Positions 59,718 through 64,000 of a DNA stretch of 64,000 bases are shown here, one piece after another; the stretch's first letter is position 1, and every line of letters starts with the position of its first letter. Made by a program: the position numbers and the translations under genes. The notes under the pieces are model-generated. The model was given only the letters and a program-made list of their open reading frames with translations, made no database searches and was not told the origin of the DNA. Source of the DNA: an uncultured Chloroflexia bacterium (GTDB lineage Bacteria; Chloroflexota; Limnocylindria; Limnocylindrales; CSP1-4); contig CAVTHS010000008.1 of assembly GCA_963734535.1 (NCBI GenBank), positions 96,001-160,000 of the forward strand. The letters run 5' to 3'.

Positions 59718-60554
59718 TCAACGATGGAGATCGGCCAGGTCCTTCTCCGAGACCTCGCTCGGGAGCTTGCCCATGATGATCATGGCCAGGACCTCGTCGG
59801 TCGTGACGTCTGCCTTGCGGACGGTCCCGACCAGCTTCCCGTGGAGCATCACGCTGATGCGGTCCGACAGGTCGAACACGTCGTGGATGTCGTGGCTGAT
59901 CAGGAAGATGCCGATCCCGTCGTCCTTGAGCTGCTTGACCAGCGTGCGAACCTGGGCCGTCTCCGCGGGACCGAGCGCGGCCGTGGGCTCGTCCATGATC
60001 AGGATGCGGGCGTTGAAGTGGACGGCGCGGGCGATGGCCACGGACTGGCGCTGGCCGCCGGAGAGCGACATCACCGGCCGCTTGAATGCCTTGAACCGCG
60101 GGTTGAGGCGGCCGATCACCTTGCGGGTCGCCGATTCCATGGCGTCGTCGTCAAGGCTGCCGGTTCGCGTCTTCAGCTCGCGACCCAGGAACATGTTGCC
60201 GGCGGCATCGATGTTGTCGGCGAGGGCCAGCGTCTGGTAGATCGTCTCGATGCCCAGCGCCTTCGCGTCGCGCGGGTTCGTGATCGGGGCGACCTGGCCG
60301 TCGATCAGGATCTCCCCGGAGTCGGGTGGATGCGCCCCCGAGAGCGCCCGCATGAGGGTGGACTTCCCGGCGCCGTTGCCGCCGACCAGGCCCACGACCT
60401 CGCCGGCGCGCAGGTCGACCGTCACGCCCTCGACGGCGTGGACGCCGCCGAACGCGATGCGGATGTTGCGCATCTCGACGAGCGGCGAGCCGGCGTGCAC
60501 GGCTGGCGAGTCGACCCCGGTGACGGTATCGGCACGCATGGCGTTCTCGCTCAT
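59718..60554 (-). CDS. Sugar ABC transporter ATP-binding protein (single domain, XylG-like)
   Basis: [24 protein letters not shown]. Confidence 0.92.
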   Translation of the reverse strand: MSENAMRADTVTGVDSPAVHAGSPLVEMRNIRIAFGGVHAVEGVTVDLRAGEVVGLVGGNGAGKSTLMRALSGAHPPDSGEILIDGQVAPITNPRDAKALGIETIYQTLALADNIDAAGNMFLGRELKTRTGSLDDDAMESATRKVIGRLNPRFKAFKRPVMSLSGGQRQSVAIARAVHFNARILIMDEPTAALGPAETAQVRTLVKQLKDDGIGIFLISHDIHDVFDLSDRISVMLHGKLVGTVRKADVTTDEVLAMIIMGKLPSEVSEKDLADLHR

Positions 60555-61903
60555 CGTGCGCTCCGCCCGCGGACGTACGTGTCGAAGGCGATCGCCGAGA
60601 CGAGCACCACGCCGACCACGATGTCCTGGATCGGGGAATCGACCCTGAGCAGCAGCATCCCGGACCGCAGCGACTGCATGACCACGGCGCCGAGGACGGC
60701 GCCGGGGATCGTCCCGATGCCACCCGAGAATGATGTGCCGCCGATGACGGCCGCGGCGATCACGTCGAGCTCGGCCTGCGTCCCGAGGCTGGTGACCGCG
60801 GCCTGGAGCCGCGCCGACTGCACCGCGCCGCTGATGGCGGCAAGGACGCCGATCAGGACGAACGTCAGCATGATGGTGCGGCGGACGTTGATGCCGCCCA
60901 GCTCGGCAGCATCAGGATTGCCGCCGATCGCGAACACGTAGCGCCCGAACCGGCGGCGCGTGGTGATATACGTCATCACGAGGGTCACCGCGATCAGGAT
61001 GATCACCGGGAAGGCGATGCCGGTCGCGATCTGGAGTCCACCGGGCGGCTCGGTGATGCCGTGGTCGTGCGCGTACTGCGTGGCGAGCCCGGGCGGCCAC
61101 GCGTAGCTGTTCATGATCCAGACAAAGCCGAGGATGGCAAGGCAGCCCAGCGCCATGAGGACGCCGAGGGCCCACGTCGGGCGGACGGGGAACCCGTATT
61201 TCCGCCGCTTCCGCCGCGTCGCGATGAGCGTATAGATGATGCCGGCGCAGGCGAGGATGCCCAGGATCCAGCTTGCCACGTCGCCGAGGGACGCGGTCGG
61301 GCTGCCTCCGAGCAGCTGGAACGTCTTGTCGAGCGGCGAGATCGTCTGGCCCTGCTGCTCTTCGAACACGAGGCCGCGCCAGACGAGCAGGCCGCCGAGG
61401 GTGACGATGAACGCCGGCACCTTCCCGTACGCGACGAGGAAGCCCTGGAAGGCGCCGATGGCGGCCCCGAGCGCGATCCCGATCGCCAGGGCAATGATCC
61501 ACGTGTAGGGCTGGTCGAACCCGAGCCCGAGCGACTTCGGGATCCAGATGACCTGGACCATCGCCATCGTGTAGCCGGTCAACCCGAGGATCGAGCCGAT
61601 CGACAGGTCGATGTTGCGCGACACGATGATCAGGACCATGCCGGTGGCCATGATCCCGACGGAGACGCTCTGCTGGGCCAGGTTGTAGAGGTTGACGGGC
61701 GTGAGGAACGTCCCCGAGAAGATGTCGTGCTTGGGACCGGTCAGGCCCGACAGGATCTGGAAGCCGATCCAGATGACGGCCAGGGCGCCGACCATGCCGA
61801 GCAGGCGCGTGTCGAGATTCAGGGCTTGCAGCAGCCCGCGCAGGGAGCGCGGCGGCTGCTCGCGGGTTGACTCCGGGACCGTGCCTGTCGCCTCAGTCAT
61901 CAC
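60551..61903 (-). CDS. xylH: Xylose ABC transporter permease
   Basis: [39 protein letters not shown]. Confidence 0.9.
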   Translation of the reverse strand: MMTEATGTVPESTREQPPRSLRGLLQALNLDTRLLGMVGALAVIWIGFQILSGLTGPKHDIFSGTFLTPVNLYNLAQQSVSVGIMATGMVLIIVSRNIDLSIGSILGLTGYTMAMVQVIWIPKSLGLGFDQPYTWIIALAIGIALGAAIGAFQGFLVAYGKVPAFIVTLGGLLVWRGLVFEEQQGQTISPLDKTFQLLGGSPTASLGDVASWILGILACAGIIYTLIATRRKRRKYGFPVRPTWALGVLMALGCLAILGFVWIMNSYAWPPGLATQYAHDHGITEPPGGLQIATGIAFPVIILIAVTLVMTYITTRRRFGRYVFAIGGNPDAAELGGINVRRTIMLTFVLIGVLAAISGAVQSARLQAAVTSLGTQAELDVIAAAVIGGTSFSGGIGTIPGAVLGAVVMQSLRSGMLLLRVDSPIQDIVVGVVLVSAIAFDTYVRGRSAR

Positions 61904-61935
61904 CGAGCCTCATCTGGCCGTGGATGGGTGTGGGA

Positions 61936-61969
61936 GCGCCCCGCCCCCGGCATGCCGCGGGCGGGGCGC
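61936..61969 (-). other. GC-rich intercistronic hairpin between xylF and xylH
   Basis: GCGCCCCGCCC...GGGCGGGGCGC stem; such stems often stabilise the binding-protein mRNA. Confidence 0.6.
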
Positions 61970-61995
61970 ATCAAGCGCGAGTGACCGTCAGCCCG

Positions 61996-63138
61996 CTAGT
62001 TGCAGGCGGCGACCGAACCCGCCGTAACGCCCTGGCACAGCGTGGCCTTGTCGATCCACTTTGCGTCGAGGACGACGTTCAGGTTGTCCTTGGTGATCGC
62101 CTGCGGCGTCAGCAGCTGGGACGTCAGCGTGTTGCCGCCGGGGCTCGTGAACGGCGCGGTGCCGGCCACCTTGGTGATGTCGGGGTTGGCGCACAGCTGG
62201 ACCGCGGCATCGCCGGCGGCCTTGCCGAGCAGGCGGGCATCCTTCCAGACGTCGACGGTCTGGGTGCCGAGAGCGATCCGGTTGAGGGCCGGGAGGTCGC
62301 CATCCTGGCCGGAGACCGGGACAGTGCCCGCAAGCCCGACGGCCTTGAGCGCGGCGATCACGCCGCCTGCCATGCCGTCGTTCTCGGAGATGACGGCGTC
62401 AATCTTGTTGTTGTTGGCCGTCAGGATCTGCTCCATCTCCTTCTGGGCGTTGGCGGGATCCCAGTTGTCGGTGTACGTCTCGCCGACGATGACGATCTTG
62501 CCGGTCGGGTCGGTCTTGCCGACCTCGGGGACACCGGCCTCGACCATGCCGCTCCGCAGGAAGTCGGCGTTGGCGTCGGCCTTGTTGCCCTTGATGATCG
62601 CGAAGTTGCCGCTCGACTTGGCCGCGAGGACCGCCTGAGCCTGGAGCTTGCCCACGAGCTTGTTGTCGAACGTGAGGTACAGGGCCTTCGGGTCCTCGAT
62701 CAGGCGGTCGTACGCGATGACCGGCACACCCGCGGCGAGGGCCTTAGTGACGGACGGCTTGATGGCCGTTCCGTCCTGGGCCAGGATGATGATGACCTTG
62801 GCGCCCTGGCTGATCAGGTTGTCGACGTTGTTCGCCTGCGTCTCGGCCGACGACTTCGCGTCATTCGAGATGTAGGTCGCCCCGCCGGCCGTCAGCGCGG
62901 CCTTGATGGCCGGCTCGTCCCACTTCGCCCAGCGCTCCTCCTGGTAGTTGTTCCACGAGACGCCGACGACGCAGCCGGTCGCTGCCGCGCTGGCTGCTGC
63001 GCTCGCCGCCGCGCTCGGTGCCGCGGCACTTGCCGCGGCGCTCGCCGCTGCGCTCGGCGCCGGGGTGCTCGACCCCGAGCATGCCGCGAACAGGATCGCG
63101 GCCACGCCGGCCAACGAGGCCAGTCTCCGATTCACCAT
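61996..63138 (-). CDS. xylF: Xylose ABC transporter substrate-binding lipoprotein
   Basis: Lipobox FAAC, EERWAKWD, VIAYDRLI, ENDGMAGG, SGQD; AAAGGAGG RBS. Confidence 0.9.
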   Translation of the reverse strand: MVNRRLASLAGVAAILFAACSGSSTPAPSAAASAAASAAAPSAAASAAASAAATGCVVGVSWNNYQEERWAKWDEPAIKAALTAGGATYISNDAKSSAETQANNVDNLISQGAKVIIILAQDGTAIKPSVTKALAAGVPVIAYDRLIEDPKALYLTFDNKLVGKLQAQAVLAAKSSGNFAIIKGNKADANADFLRSGMVEAGVPEVGKTDPTGKIVIVGETYTDNWDPANAQKEMEQILTANNNKIDAVISENDGMAGGVIAALKAVGLAGTVPVSGQDGDLPALNRIALGTQTVDVWKDARLLGKAAGDAAVQLCANPDITKVAGTAPFTSPGGNTLTSQLLTPQAITKDNLNVVLDAKWIDKATLCQGVTAGSVAACN

Positions 63139-63251
63139 TGTGCTGACTCCTCCTTTGGACATGTCACACCGATCCACGGCTGATGTCCGGCGCTAGGCTA
63201 CCACCCGCTCGCCACGTTTTCGATGGGTGCAATTCGCCATTCGCCTCCTGT

Positions 63252-64000
63252 CTACGCGCTCTTGAGTTCGGGGAGCGTGTCCCGTGGCCTGACCCACTGC
63301 GCCGGGTCCGCGAGCAGCGGCTCCAGGGCCAGCTCGGCGGCTCCGAGGAGCGGTGCGTCTGCTCCGAGCGATGTCGGGATGACCGTGACCAGCGAACGAG
63401 CAGCCGGCAGCGTCCGGCGGTCGAGCTCGGCATGGAGCGCTCGCGTGACGAACGGATACATCCGGCCAAATCGACCGCCCAGCACGATGAGCTGCGGATT
63501 CAACAGGTTGACCAGGCTCGCAAGGCCGAGCCCGAGCCAGGTGCCGACGTGTTCGAGGGCTGCCTGCGCCGTCGCGGAGCCCGCTGTGGCGTCGCGCAGC
63601 ACTGCGTCGACGGCGGCCCGGCCGCCACCCGGCATCAGCCCGGCGCGCACGAGCAGGGCGTCCTCGCCGACCTCCGTCTCCCAGCAACCTACCGAGCCAC
63701 AACGGCACGAAGCGCCCTCCGGGTTCACCGGCATATGGCCCACCTCGCCGGCGTACCCGGCGATCCCCGTGAGGGGGCGACCGCCGACGATCAGGCCCCC
63801 TCCGACGCCGACCTCGCCCGAGATGTAAACGAGGTCCTCGGCGCCGACAGCCGCGCCGCGCCGGAGCTCCGCCAGCGTCCCGAGATCCGCCTCGTTGGCG
63901 ACCGAGACCGGCACGGACAGGTCGAGGGCCCGGGCAAGCCGCTCGCCGAGCGGGATGTCCCGCCAGCCGAGATTCGGCGCCATCGAGACAACGCCATCGC
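63252..64000 (-). CDS. ROK family regulator (XylR-like), 5' end outside the window
   Basis: APNLGW, NEAD, GVGGG, AGEVGH, CRCGSVGCWE. Confidence 0.88.
   Translation of the reverse strand, partial: DGVVSMAPNLGWRDIPLGERLARALDLSVPVSVANEADLGTLAELRRGAAVGAEDLVYISGEVGVGGGLIVGGRPLTGIAGYAGEVGHMPVNPEGASCRCGSVGCWETEVGEDALLVRAGLMPGGGRAAVDAVLRDATAGSATAQAALEHVGTWLGLGLASLVNLLNPQLIVLGGRFGRMYPFVTRALHAELDRRTLPAARSLVTVIPTSLGADAPLLGAAELALEPLLADPAQWVRPRDTLPELKSA

Noticed and set aside
55774-59721. Very long ORFs in the track (1315 aa here, also 18645-21761, 47197-50460, 24564-27365) as giant or fused proteins
   Set aside because: Stop-poor shadow frames of high-GC DNA; only parts match real genes, and the menH-menB join is caused by the frameshift

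Overview
Very GC-rich bacterial chromosomal segment with about 60 genes and no rRNA, tRNA, CRISPR array or transposase. Gene content and style suggest a Chloroflexota organism, possibly Limnocylindria-like (inference only). Main blocks: PLP decarboxylase and a membrane PAS-GGDEF-EAL protein; cold-shock protein; the MSMEG_4193/DUF3090/SCO1664 trio; a TetR-headed classical menaquinone operon (menF-D-H-B-A-C-E, an extra hydrolase, menG); a two-component system divergent from two paralogous TRQSG-motif membrane proteins, ApbE and a ferric-reductase-like cytochrome b; an HTH-nuclease gene; an orphan DNA methyltransferase; an FMN-riboswitch ABC transporter (RibXY-like); aceE, pncA, deoD; and a xylose cluster. 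The standout unexplained element is an intergenic ~270-nt predicted RNA (39713-39980) with nine hairpins that all carry a GCAA loop, arranged in two multiway junctions inside a 15-bp closing helix, with its own putative promoter and upstream DnaA-box-like motifs. Seven genes show apparent 1-nt frameshifts that look like sequencing errors. Start codons were chosen by eye and all folds were paired by hand.
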